Positions 42,677 to 50,899 of a DNA stretch of 64,000 bases are shown in pieces. Origin of the DNA: Parachlamydiales bacterium (GTDB lineage: Bacteria > Chlamydiota > Chlamydiia > Chlamydiales > Rhabdochlamydiaceae); contig JAGVMG010000043.1 of assembly GCA_020053915.1 (NCBI GenBank), forward strand, positions 7,184-71,183, written 5' to 3'. Position 1 is the stretch's first letter. Each line of letters starts with the position of its first letter. The notes beneath the pieces are model-generated. The model was not told the origin of the DNA, did not search any database, and saw only the letters and a program-made list of their open reading frames with translations. The translations under genes and the position numbers were made by a program.

Positions 42677-43402
42677 GAAAAGACCGTGCGGCGGGGCGGC
42701 TCTGCCGGCCTGGGTGCGGTCTTTTGCTGCAAAGATGGCGGGTAGTTTCTCTAGCGGAATTTTTTCACAGCTGATGTCAAGCAAGGTGCCGACAATATTG
42801 CGCACCATTTTATATAAAAATCCATTGCCCTCGAATTCTAAGCGGAGCCCGCCAGGCTCACAGATAAGGTCAAGTCGTGTTAAGGTGCGCACGGGATCAT
42901 GTGCGGCAGATCCTTGCGCTGCTTGATTGGTAAACGAGGTAAAGTCATGCGTGCCGAGGAAGCCTTTTGCAGCTTCTTTCATCAATTCTAGATTCACAGG
43001 GTGGGGGACGTGATACCGATACAGTTTATCAAAAGGATTGAGGATGGGGTCGAGATGGAGATGGTAGTGGTAAATTTTTCCTGTCGCACTGTATCTGGCG
43101 TGAAACTCTTCTGCAACAGGTGTCAACGAGTGGATGCGGATGTCGGGAGGTAATAGACCATTGAGAGAAGCGAGGCAGCGGGACAAATCAACAGGCGTGG
43201 GATGGGTAAAATGGGCGCATTGGCCCAAAGCATGTACGCCGGCATCTGTACGTCCCGATCCTGAGAGATCAGTGGGAGTGCGCAATACGGTAGAAAGAGC
43301 GTTTTGGATCTGTTCTTGGATCGTGACTGCGTTGCGTTGCACTTGCCAACCGCCATACTGCGTTCCATCGTAGGAGATGAGAGCTTTATACTTGTAGGTC
43401 AT
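42647..43402 (-). CDS. truA: tRNA pseudouridine(38-40) synthase TruA
   Basis: YDGTQYGGWQVQ and GSGRTDAGVHALGQ (catalytic Asp). Confidence 0.9.
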   Translation of the reverse strand: MTYKYKALISYDGTQYGGWQVQRNAVTIQEQIQNALSTVLRTPTDLSGSGRTDAGVHALGQCAHFTHPTPVDLSRCLASLNGLLPPDIRIHSLTPVAEEFHARYSATGKIYHYHLHLDPILNPFDKLYRYHVPHPVNLELMKEAAKGFLGTHDFTSFTNQAAQGSAAHDPVRTLTRLDLICEPGGLRLEFEGNGFLYKMVRNIVGTLLDISCEKIPLEKLPAIFAAKDRTQAGRAAPPHGLFLVHVHYGAE

Positions 43403-44088
43403 AATGTGCGGGAAGGAGCAAGGAATGTTTCTGCAAGTGGCCAGTCTTCCGATGTCGTAATTTTGATATTGCGGTAGGAGTCTGGAACGAGTTTTACGGG
43501 ATGACCCGTGAGCTCAACAATCGAGGCATCATCGGTCACTTCGATGTTATAGTCGTGGATAATTTCAAATCCTTTTTTTAGCAAATGAGCGGCTGCAACC
43601 TGAGGGGTGTGCATTTCCCATAGGGTAGAGCGGTCAAGTGTGCGTCGAATAAAAAGATTGGGGTCTGCTTCTTTAACTGTGTTTTTTGCGGGAACGGCAA
43701 GGGCTGCGGCTCCATAGCACTGAGCTTGGGCAAAGAGGGCGTCAAGGCTAGCTTCGCTAAGCAGGGGGCGCGCGCTGTCATGGACGCAAATGAGTCCCGT
43801 TTCCTGGGTTTTCTCAAATCCGTTAAACACAGAATCTTGACGTCTTGGTCCCGGAAGTGCGAAGTCGATTTTTGGAGACGTGGAGGCGGGAAAGAGGGAT
43901 TGGTATTCGGGGGCGCAGACGACGATGATTTCGGTCACTTGAGGGTGATTTAAGAATAATTCAAAACTGTATAAGGCGAGGGGTTTTCCGTAAATGGGAA
44001 CAAATTGCTTCGGAACAGGGGAGCGCATACGCGTTCCTTGGCCGCCGGCTAGTAGGATTACAGAAACTGGAAGGGATTTTGACGTCAT
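43399..44088 (-). CDS. ispD: 2-C-methyl-D-erythritol 4-phosphate cytidylyltransferase
   Basis: VILLAGGQGTRM, VHDSARP. Start ATG 44088 preferred. Confidence 0.85.
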   Translation of the reverse strand: MTSKSLPVSVILLAGGQGTRMRSPVPKQFVPIYGKPLALYSFELFLNHPQVTEIIVVCAPEYQSLFPASTSPKIDFALPGPRRQDSVFNGFEKTQETGLICVHDSARPLLSEASLDALFAQAQCYGAAALAVPAKNTVKEADPNLFIRRTLDRSTLWEMHTPQVAAAHLLKKGFEIIHDYNIEVTDDASIVELTGHPVKLVPDSYRNIKITTSEDWPLAETFLAPSRTL

Positions 44089-44143
44089 AGGGCATTTATA
44101 TTCGCAGAATGCAGGGGTAAGCTGCATTCTGCAAAAAGTAACT

Positions 44144-44398
44144 TTATTTCAAGTGCTTGCTTACAAGCTTGGTCATTTCGAACATGTTTACAGCTTTTTT
44201 GCCCAGAACTTTTGCGAGTTTATCATCTGGGTTGATGTTGCGTTTGTTTTTTGCATCTTGGCACTTGTTTGCTTTGATATAGGCCCACAATTTCTTTGTC
44301 ACTTCAGTGCGAGGCATAGGTCCTCGTCCGACGATAGCAGCAAGCTCTTCGCTGATTTGCATCGGTTGCATGAACTTGGATTGTTTTTCTTTTGCCAT
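44144..44398 (-). CDS. SWIB/MDM2-domain protein
   Basis: 84 aa. ISEELAAIVGRGPMPRTEVTKKLWAYIKANKCQD is typical of the chlamydial SWIB domain. Confidence 0.85.
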   Translation of the reverse strand: MAKEKQSKFMQPMQISEELAAIVGRGPMPRTEVTKKLWAYIKANKCQDAKNKRNINPDDKLAKVLGKKAVNMFEMTKLVSKHLK

Positions 44399-44790
44399 GT
44401 GCGTTCTCCTTTAAAAATACTGCGTTTGGCCTATCCTCACATTGTTTTTATGGATAGACAGGTCGAGGGTTGGTACGATTGTTACCTCGAATGACATGTT
44501 GTATCGCTCCCGTGATTTAATAGTCAAAAAAAATCGTAGTAGAAGCTCTGGGTGTTTCGAGGGAGCTCTGGGGAAGTTGTTTTTAAGTCTCTTATTTTAA
44601 TTGTGTTATGGATGTGTTTGAGTTTTGTTGCTTTCTCGAGGATTTTTTCTTGAAGATGAGCTCTGTCCCACAGGGGAATTATTAGTAAATTTTACTTTAA
44701 GCGCCCTCTGATGATTACAAAACCACTTGAACTTTTCATCGAGAAGGGACAACCTAAGGATCAAGCCAGAAAAATACCCCCTGAACATCG

Positions 44791-46917
44791 ATGATAACGA
44801 CAACAGAATGTAATTCTATGCGGTTAAAGGCTCTAGCTTTCGCTTTAAAGAACAGCTCCTCACTGCAAGACAAATTGGATCTTTTGAACAAGGATTCTCT
44901 TGTCCGCGCATTTTTGGATTCTCCGACTCCGTTGATGGCGTCTCTTTCTTTGGAATGCGAGCTAGTGCTTAAATCTTTAATTGCCATTGGACAGATAGAC
45001 AGATTGATCAATGGCTTAGAGGGATCTTGCGCCAGCGAGCGGTTGCGTGCGCTGATTTTCTCTTTGCTTCCTGTCGAGCACTTTTACAAAGAGATGGGAG
45101 GGATTGTCGGGTATCAGTCGATGATGATGCAGCTTCTTTCCGAGGAGGGGCATGCGCTTTTTGAAGAACGGGGCGTGTATCTTCAGCCAGTGGGGATTGA
45201 TCTTGTCCGTGAAACACCTCTAGTTAAAGAAGCGATCGTAGCGGGAATTCAGTTGTTGCCGATGCTTGCAGAAATTTATCCCGTTGGAGGTGCTGCGGAT
45301 CGGCTGCGTTTATGCGATCCGGAAACCCAGATGCCTCTTCCTGCTGCTAAACTGAAATTTTGCGGTAGGACGCTTTTAGAGCGCCTCGTTGTCGATCTTC
45401 AAGCGCGGGAATATTTGTACTACAAGGTATTTAAACAGCAGCTCATTACGCCAATTGCGATGATGACGTCGCAAGAAAAGGACAACCACGCTCAGATTTT
45501 AGCGATGTGCCAAGAACAGCGTTGGTTTGGTCGTCCCGCATCTAGTTTTGCCTTTTTTTGCCAGCCGACGGTGCCCACGATGAACAAAGAAGGGCAATGG
45601 TGCCTGATTGGCCCCTGCAAGCCATTAATGAAGCCGGGGGGGCATGGAGTGTTGTGGAAAGTGGCAAAGGATCAGGGAGTGTTTGAATGGCTTCAACGTC
45701 AGGCGCGGAAGAAAATTCTGGTACGGCAGATCAATAACCCGATCGCGGGATGTGACTATGGACTTCTCGCTTTTACAGGCATTGGTTGTGCAGGGGATAA
45801 GTCATTTGGATTTGCTTCCTGCTTTCGGCAAGTGCAATCAGCTGAAGGGGTCAATGTTCTGATTGCCAAAGAGAGAGAAAATCAGACGGAATACTGTCTT
45901 ACAAATATCGAGTATTGTGATTTTACGAAGTTTGGTATTCACGATGAATCTGTTCATGCGGGCAGTGCGTATTCAAAGTTTCCATCGAATACGAACATTT
46001 TGTTTGCCGACATCGAGAGAGTTCTTGAGAAAATTGAGGTGTGCCCCATTCCAGGAATGCTCGTGAATTTCAAAAAAATGGCCTATTCTGACGAAAATGG
46101 GATGTTGAAGGAAGAAGAGGTCGCCCGTTTAGAGTCGACGATGCAAAATATTGCCGATTGCTTTGTCGAACGTTTTGATTCGAATTCTCCGTTGCCTCCG
46201 CTCAAGACATTTTTAACGTTTAATCATCGTCGTAAAACGATTTCCACAGCAAAAAAAGAGTTTCAAGATGGGGGATCTCTTTTGGAAACGCCCGAAGGAT
46301 GCTATTATGATCATATGCACAATGTGCACGATCTCTTGAGTAATTATTGTCATTTTACGATTCCAGACGCTTCAGCGTTTGATTTTGTCTATCATCCCGC
46401 TTTAGGGCCTCTTTATCAAATCATCGCTCAGAAATTGCGTGGCGGATCTATTAAACAGGGAAGCGAATGCTTGCTTGAGATTGCAGAGCTTTCTATTGAA
46501 ACCCTAGATCTCAATGGAAGTTTGCAGATCATTGCAGAACGGGTGATGGGACATGAAGATGAGGGGCAGCTTGTGTACTCTGAGCAGGTAGGACGTTGCG
46601 TGTTAACCCGTGTGCGCGTTTGCAATTTAGGAATCGACCGAACTGTCTCAGGTCGCTACTGGAAATCAGAGGTGCATCGCTTAGAGACTTGTGAAATTCG
46701 CCTTTTGGGTAATAGTGAATTCATCGCTGAAGATGTTTCCTTCGAGGGTCCAGTGCAGATCGTTGTGAAAGATGGATTCCGCATGATTGCATTCATGGAG
46801 AACCAAAAGCTGCAGTTTAAGTGTGAGCCCATCGGAGATTCAGCATCTTATTGGGCATATGAGGCGAGCGAAGAGGGGCTGAAACTATTCTCTAACAACT
46901 CTTTCGATGTAAAATGA
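44791..46917 (+). CDS. UDPGP (UTP-sugar-1-phosphate uridylyltransferase) family-like protein, large
   Basis: YPVGGAADRL and MKPGGHGVLW resemble the nucleotide-binding and sugar-phosphate loops of UDP-sugar pyrophosphorylases. The start is uncertain (ATG 44791 or 44818). Confidence 0.6.
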   Translation: MITTTECNSMRLKALAFALKNSSSLQDKLDLLNKDSLVRAFLDSPTPLMASLSLECELVLKSLIAIGQIDRLINGLEGSCASERLRALIFSLLPVEHFYKEMGGIVGYQSMMMQLLSEEGHALFEERGVYLQPVGIDLVRETPLVKEAIVAGIQLLPMLAEIYPVGGAADRLRLCDPETQMPLPAAKLKFCGRTLLERLVVDLQAREYLYYKVFKQQLITPIAMMTSQEKDNHAQILAMCQEQRWFGRPASSFAFFCQPTVPTMNKEGQWCLIGPCKPLMKPGGHGVLWKVAKDQGVFEWLQRQARKKILVRQINNPIAGCDYGLLAFTGIGCAGDKSFGFASCFRQVQSAEGVNVLIAKERENQTEYCLTNIEYCDFTKFGIHDESVHAGSAYSKFPSNTNILFADIERVLEKIEVCPIPGMLVNFKKMAYSDENGMLKEEEVARLESTMQNIADCFVERFDSNSPLPPLKTFLTFNHRRKTISTAKKEFQDGGSLLETPEGCYYDHMHNVHDLLSNYCHFTIPDASAFDFVYHPALGPLYQIIAQKLRGGSIKQGSECLLEIAELSIETLDLNGSLQIIAERVMGHEDEGQLVYSEQVGRCVLTRVRVCNLGIDRTVSGRYWKSEVHRLETCEIRLLGNSEFIAEDVSFEGPVQIVVKDGFRMIAFMENQKLQFKCEPIGDSASYWAYEASEEGLKLFSNNSFDVK

Positions 46918-46951
46918 AAAAAGCTACATGGGAAACCCCATGTAGCTTTTT
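46917..46951. terminator. bidirectional intrinsic terminator
   Basis: AAAAA-AGCTACATGGG-aaac-CCCATGTAGCT-TTTT between convergent genes. Confidence 0.75.
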
Positions 46952-46974
46952 AGATAACATACACGAACTATCGC

Positions 46975-47568
46975 TTAGGCTGCTGCTGCTGCAGGTGTAG
47001 CCGGAGCTGGAGCTGGTGCCGCAGCTTTTTTTGCATCGCTAACTTTTTCAAACGCTTTTGTAAAAGTCTTCCCTAGGATCTCTTTTTTCAGAGCATCTTT
47101 AGCTTTAAAGCTGCTTTTTTTTCTGTTTGGATGAGCTGCTTTAAAAGCAGTTTTTAACTCGTCTTGATCTTTTGCATTGAGCTTAGCGTAAGCTGCAGCT
47201 GCATCAGCTTTTGTTGGTTTTGCTTCCATTACTGCTTTGAATGCTTCAAAAGAATCTGCGGCAGGAGCAGCTGGTGCTGCTGGAGCTGCTGGAGTTTCTG
47301 GTTGCTTGTTGAAGCAGCATCTAAAGATTGCAAATGCAACTGCTGTTAAGGTAACAGAAACCGTAGCGATGATCACGCCGGTTTGATTTTCTTGAACAAA
47401 GTTGGAGAGGCTTTGGAAATAAGGTTGAGCGAATGCGTAGACTTTTTGACCTAAATCTGAAAGATAAGCGCCGGTTGCAGTGACTGTTCTTCCGATCCAG
47501 TCCCCTGCGTTAGATGCAAAGGTACCGATTGATTGGCAGCAGTTGGAAAGAGTTTCTTGAATTCTCAT
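46975..47568 (-). CDS. membrane protein with Ala/Pro-rich low-complexity and Lys-rich C-terminal region
   Basis: Start ATG 47568 after AGGAGG. One TM (GVIIATVSVTLTAVAFAIF), then PAAPAAPAAPAA and a C-terminal AAPAPAPATPAAAAA. Confidence 0.6.
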   Translation of the reverse strand: MRIQETLSNCCQSIGTFASNAGDWIGRTVTATGAYLSDLGQKVYAFAQPYFQSLSNFVQENQTGVIIATVSVTLTAVAFAIFRCCFNKQPETPAAPAAPAAPAADSFEAFKAVMEAKPTKADAAAAYAKLNAKDQDELKTAFKAAHPNRKKSSFKAKDALKKEILGKTFTKAFEKVSDAKKAAAPAPAPATPAAAAA

Positions 47569-47714
47569 AGTGACCTCCTGAATAGAGTTAAATTTCTCAA
47601 GGGGACTTCCCTGTTTTGAAAACATTTATGTATTATACTGGTATCCTTTTTTTTATAAAGACCTGATTAAGTTTTTATAAATTAAAAATTATTTTCTTTA
47701 TGCCTTTCCGAGAG

Positions 47715-47743
47715 GAGAGACCGGTTTTGCGTCTCTTTTTTTT
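47715..47743 (+). terminator. orphan terminator-like hairpin, plus-strand orientation
   Basis: AGAGAC-cggttttgc-GTCTCT followed by T7. There is no plus-strand gene upstream. Confidence 0.4.
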
Positions 47744-47758
47744 CTGACAAGTTGATTG

Positions 47759-47788
47759 AAAATTCGCGCGAATTTTATCGTTTTTTTT
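47759..47788 (+). terminator. second orphan palindrome plus T-tract
   Basis: Perfect 18-nt palindrome AAAATTCGCGCGAATTTT, then atcg and T8. Confidence 0.35.
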
Positions 47789-47902
47789 CAATTCAAACGC
47801 TGTTTTGCGCGTTTTGGACACAGAATCATTAAGATTTTCTTGCGTCGCAGGAAGCGATGTCTTAACATGGGGGCCTCTCTTTACTAAAGAAGGATAAATA
47901 AT

Positions 47903-48998
47903 ATGAACGACAACGCTCAAGATTTGTTAAAAAGCATTGAAAATCGCCTGCTTCACATGTGGAGGTATCTTTAGCTTAGAGGAAAAAGAGAAACGCGTAT
48001 CAGAGCTAGAGCAAAAGATGGAGCATCCCGGTTTCTGGGATGATAATACAGCTGCGCAGAAAGTGATTTCTGAGGTCAACCAGCTTAAAGAGTGGACTCA
48101 TTCCTATCGAGATTTGAAAAATCGGTTTGAAAGTGTCAAAGAACTGTTGCCCGAAGTAGATGAGGCAAGCGATCAACTCTTTTTTCACCAGTTGATCGAT
48201 GAGCTGCACAAAGTGGACAAGGCTCTTTCTGAGATCGAAATGCGCAAGATGCTTTCCGGAGAACTGGATCCGAAAAATTGCTTTTTGAGTATCAATGCGG
48301 GCGCCGGGGGAACAGAGGCGTGCGATTGGGCGCTTATGCTCTCGCGTATGTATCAGCGCTGGGCTGCCAAGCGGAACTGGAAAGTCGAAATTCTCGATTC
48401 TGTGGATGGAGATGTGGCTGGGTTTAAGAGCATCACGTTCAAAATCTCGGGACCGTATGCTTATGGGTATTGTAAGGTAGAGAGGGGCGTGCATCGGTTG
48501 GTGCGTATTTCTCCTTTTGATAGCAATGCCAAGCGCCACACGAGCTTTGCCTCCGTAGACATCACCCCGGAAATTGACGATGATATTTTAATCGATATTC
48601 GTCCTGAAGATGTGCGTGTGGACACCTATCGCGCATCGGGAGCCGGTGGTCAGCACGTGAACAAAACCGATTCGGCTGTTCGCGTGACTCATGAATCTTC
48701 AGGGATCATTGTCTCCTGTCAAAGTGAACGCAGTCAGATCCAAAACAGGGAAACTTGCTTTAAAATGTTGCGCGCTAAACTTTATGAAAAAGAGCTAATG
48801 GAGCGAGAATCGAAGCTCAAAGAAATTTCCGGCGAGAAGAAAGAAATCGCATGGGGATCACAAATTCGGAACTATGTTTTCCAGCCCTATACTCTTGTCA
48901 AAGATACGCGAACGAAGTATGAAGTGGGAAATGTGGAAGATGTGATGGATGGAAATTTAGATGGCTTTATCAATGCATATTTAAAGGAGTTTGGTTAA
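47903..48998 (+). CDS. prfB: peptide chain release factor 2, programmed +1 ribosomal frameshift
   Basis: ORF0 runs from ATG 47903 to TAG 47972-47974 ([23 protein letters not shown]). The +1 frame continues SLEEKEKRV.... It carries the RF2-specific SPF motif (RISPFDS) and GGQ (GAGGQHVN). The site GGAGG-TAT-CTT-TAG-C mirrors the E. coli site AGGGGG-TAT-CTT-TGA-C. Confidence 0.9.
47961..47975 (+). promoter_or_regulatory. prfB recoding site (internal SD-like GGAGG, slippery CTT, in-frame TAG)
   Basis: GGAGG at 47961-47965, 3-nt spacer, CTT at 47969-47971, TAG at 47972-47974, then C. Confidence 0.85.
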
Positions 48999-49003
48999 CC
49001 GCT

Positions 49004-49501
49004 ATGTCAGAACCTTTAGGCTTTGATATCCGCTATACGCATATTAGTGATGCGCCCTATGTTCTCGAATGGCTGAAAGAGCCCGCAGTGCAACAGTGGT
49101 TTCCTGTCAGTTTGGATAAAGAAATTGAAGATGCAGTGCAATGCTGGGTGGGCTTTTGTAAGTTTAATTCGAGCTTAACGGCGACGATCGATGGAGTTCC
49201 TGTGGGCATCGGCACCCTTTTTCTCATGCCCTATCGCAAGGTTTCCCACCATTGCTTATTTAAACTGCTCGTCGATCCTGCACACCAGAGAAAAGGAGTA
49301 GGAAGAGCGCTGCTAAAAAATTTGAAGCATTTAGCAAAAAATGGATTTCGCCTTGAGCTCATGCATATCGAGATTTTTGATGGTAACCCGATCGAGTCGT
49401 TGCTTTTGCAATTCGATTTTCATGAATATGGCCGGCAAGCTCACTTTGTCAAAGACAAAGAGCAGTACCTCGGTCGGATTCTTTACGAAAGCTATTTATA
49501 G
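49004..49501 (+). CDS. GNAT family N-acetyltransferase
   Basis: QRKGVGRALLKNL (motif A). 165 aa. Confidence 0.8.
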   Translation: MSEPLGFDIRYTHISDAPYVLEWLKEPAVQQWFPVSLDKEIEDAVQCWVGFCKFNSSLTATIDGVPVGIGTLFLMPYRKVSHHCLFKLLVDPAHQRKGVGRALLKNLKHLAKNGFRLELMHIEIFDGNPIESLLLQFDFHEYGRQAHFVKDKEQYLGRILYESYL

Positions 49502-49511
49502 AGGCCTTAAG

Positions 49512-50033
49512 ATGGCAGAACATAGACCTGAATTGGCGTTTCGCATTTCTTCTCCTGAGGATGCTCCTCATCTCATTAAGTGGCTTTCTGACCCCAGCAT
49601 TTTGCGCTGGTTTCCGATGTTCGATGCGAGAGAGATTGAGGATTCTGTACGGATTTGGCTCGGCTATGCGCGCATTGGAGCAAATCTGACCGTGGAATAC
49701 AATGGAGTCCCGTGCGGCATGGCAAATCTCTACATCCAGCCTTACAAAAAACTAGCGCATACGTGTTTATTTGCCATCATTGTCCAAGACGAGTATCGAG
49801 GCAAAGGGATTGGCAGAGCGTTATTAGAGGAGCTCATTAAACTTGCGCAGAACAAATTTCAGATTGAGGTGTTGCATTTGGAAGTTTATGAGGGCAACCC
49901 TGCAAAAAAACTCTATGAGCGTTTTGGATTTACAGAGTTTGGACGACAGAGCCGTTTCATTAAAGACGGTGGAAAATATACAGCTAAAATTTTAATGCAG
50001 AAAAAGTTAGGGACATATGGCAGGACACAGTAA
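49512..50033 (+). CDS. GNAT family N-acetyltransferase (tandem paralog)
   Basis: Start ATG 49512. YRGKGIGRALLEEL and LYERFGF. Collinear with the preceding gene (APYVLEWLKEPAVQQWFPV versus APHLIKWLSDPSILRWFPM). Confidence 0.8.
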   Translation: MAEHRPELAFRISSPEDAPHLIKWLSDPSILRWFPMFDAREIEDSVRIWLGYARIGANLTVEYNGVPCGMANLYIQPYKKLAHTCLFAIIVQDEYRGKGIGRALLEELIKLAQNKFQIEVLHLEVYEGNPAKKLYERFGFTEFGRQSRFIKDGGKYTAKILMQKKLGTYGRTQ

Positions 50034-50736
50034 ATGGGCCAACATTAAGCATCGAAAAGGACGGGCAGATGCAGTCAAAGGCAAGATGTTTTCCCGCATC
50101 ACAAAAGAGATCATCAGCGCGGTTAAACAAGGCGGACCGGATCCCAAATCCAACTCTAAACTTCGTCTCGTGCTGCAAAAAGCGCGCATTGCAAACATGC
50201 CGAACGATAATATTGAGCGCAATATCAAGAAAGCAAGTAGTGCAGACCAGGCAGATTTCACTGAAACGACCTATGAGCTTTACGGATATGGCGGAGTAGG
50301 AATTCTTGTCGAAATAATGACCGATAATCGCAATCGAGCGTCATCGGACATGCGCATTGCGACAAATAAAAAAGGGGGAACTATTGCAACCCCTGGTGCT
50401 GTCGCTTTTAATTTTGATCGGAAAGGGGTCATTCAAGTTTTGAAAAAAAATGCGGTGGAAGACGAGCTTTTTTTAATTGCTACAGAAGCGGGCGCCGAAG
50501 ATTTTGATGTCGCAGACGATCTTTATATCATTACGACGCCGTCTGATCAGCTCTTTCAAGTAAAAGATAAATTGGATGAAAAGGGGATTGTCAGCGAAGA
50601 GGCAGAGCTCCAAATGATTCCTAAAGTGTATGTCGAATGCGATCCAGAAGCTCAGAAATCGAATCTAGAGCTGATAGACTACCTCGAGGCATTAGATGAT
50701 GTCGATGTCGTCTATCACAACATGAAAATGGAGTGA
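50017..50736 (+). CDS. yebC: YebC/PmpR family DNA-binding regulator
   Basis: MAGHSKWANIKHRKG N-terminus. 17-nt overlap with the upstream GNAT gene. Confidence 0.9.
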   Translation: MAGHSKWANIKHRKGRADAVKGKMFSRITKEIISAVKQGGPDPKSNSKLRLVLQKARIANMPNDNIERNIKKASSADQADFTETTYELYGYGGVGILVEIMTDNRNRASSDMRIATNKKGGTIATPGAVAFNFDRKGVIQVLKKNAVEDELFLIATEAGAEDFDVADDLYIITTPSDQLFQVKDKLDEKGIVSEEAELQMIPKVYVECDPEAQKSNLELIDYLEALDDVDVVYHNMKME

Positions 50737-50899
50737 ACGGGGGTGTGAACCTGCTCGAATAAAAATTTTAGTTGCTTTTTATGTGTCTGATGATTAAAGC
50801 TTTCAGTTGTAGTTTTGTTTGTTAGTTAGTTTTATTAGTTTAGTTTGATTTAATATGCGTTAATGTTGTATTATTTGCGCAATTAAATTAAGGTTAATT

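Noticed and set aside
44399-44790. 390-bp intergenic region between the SWIB and UDPGP-like genes, examined for an ncRNA (short hairpins CTATCC/GGATAG and TCGAGG/CCTCGA, and a direct repeat AGCTCTGGG x2)
   Set aside because: Only short 6-bp stems and a 9-bp repeat are present. There is no terminator and no recognisable RNA family signature (tmRNA, RNase P, SRP, 6S). It is probably a divergent promoter region.
47675-47920. 81-aa minus-strand ORF in the prfB upstream region
   Set aside because: It has no RBS, a basic low-complexity translation, and overlaps the two hairpin/T-tract structures. The region is more plausibly non-coding.
48006-48539. 177-aa minus-strand ORF
   Set aside because: It is antisense to the well-supported prfB coding region and has no motifs.
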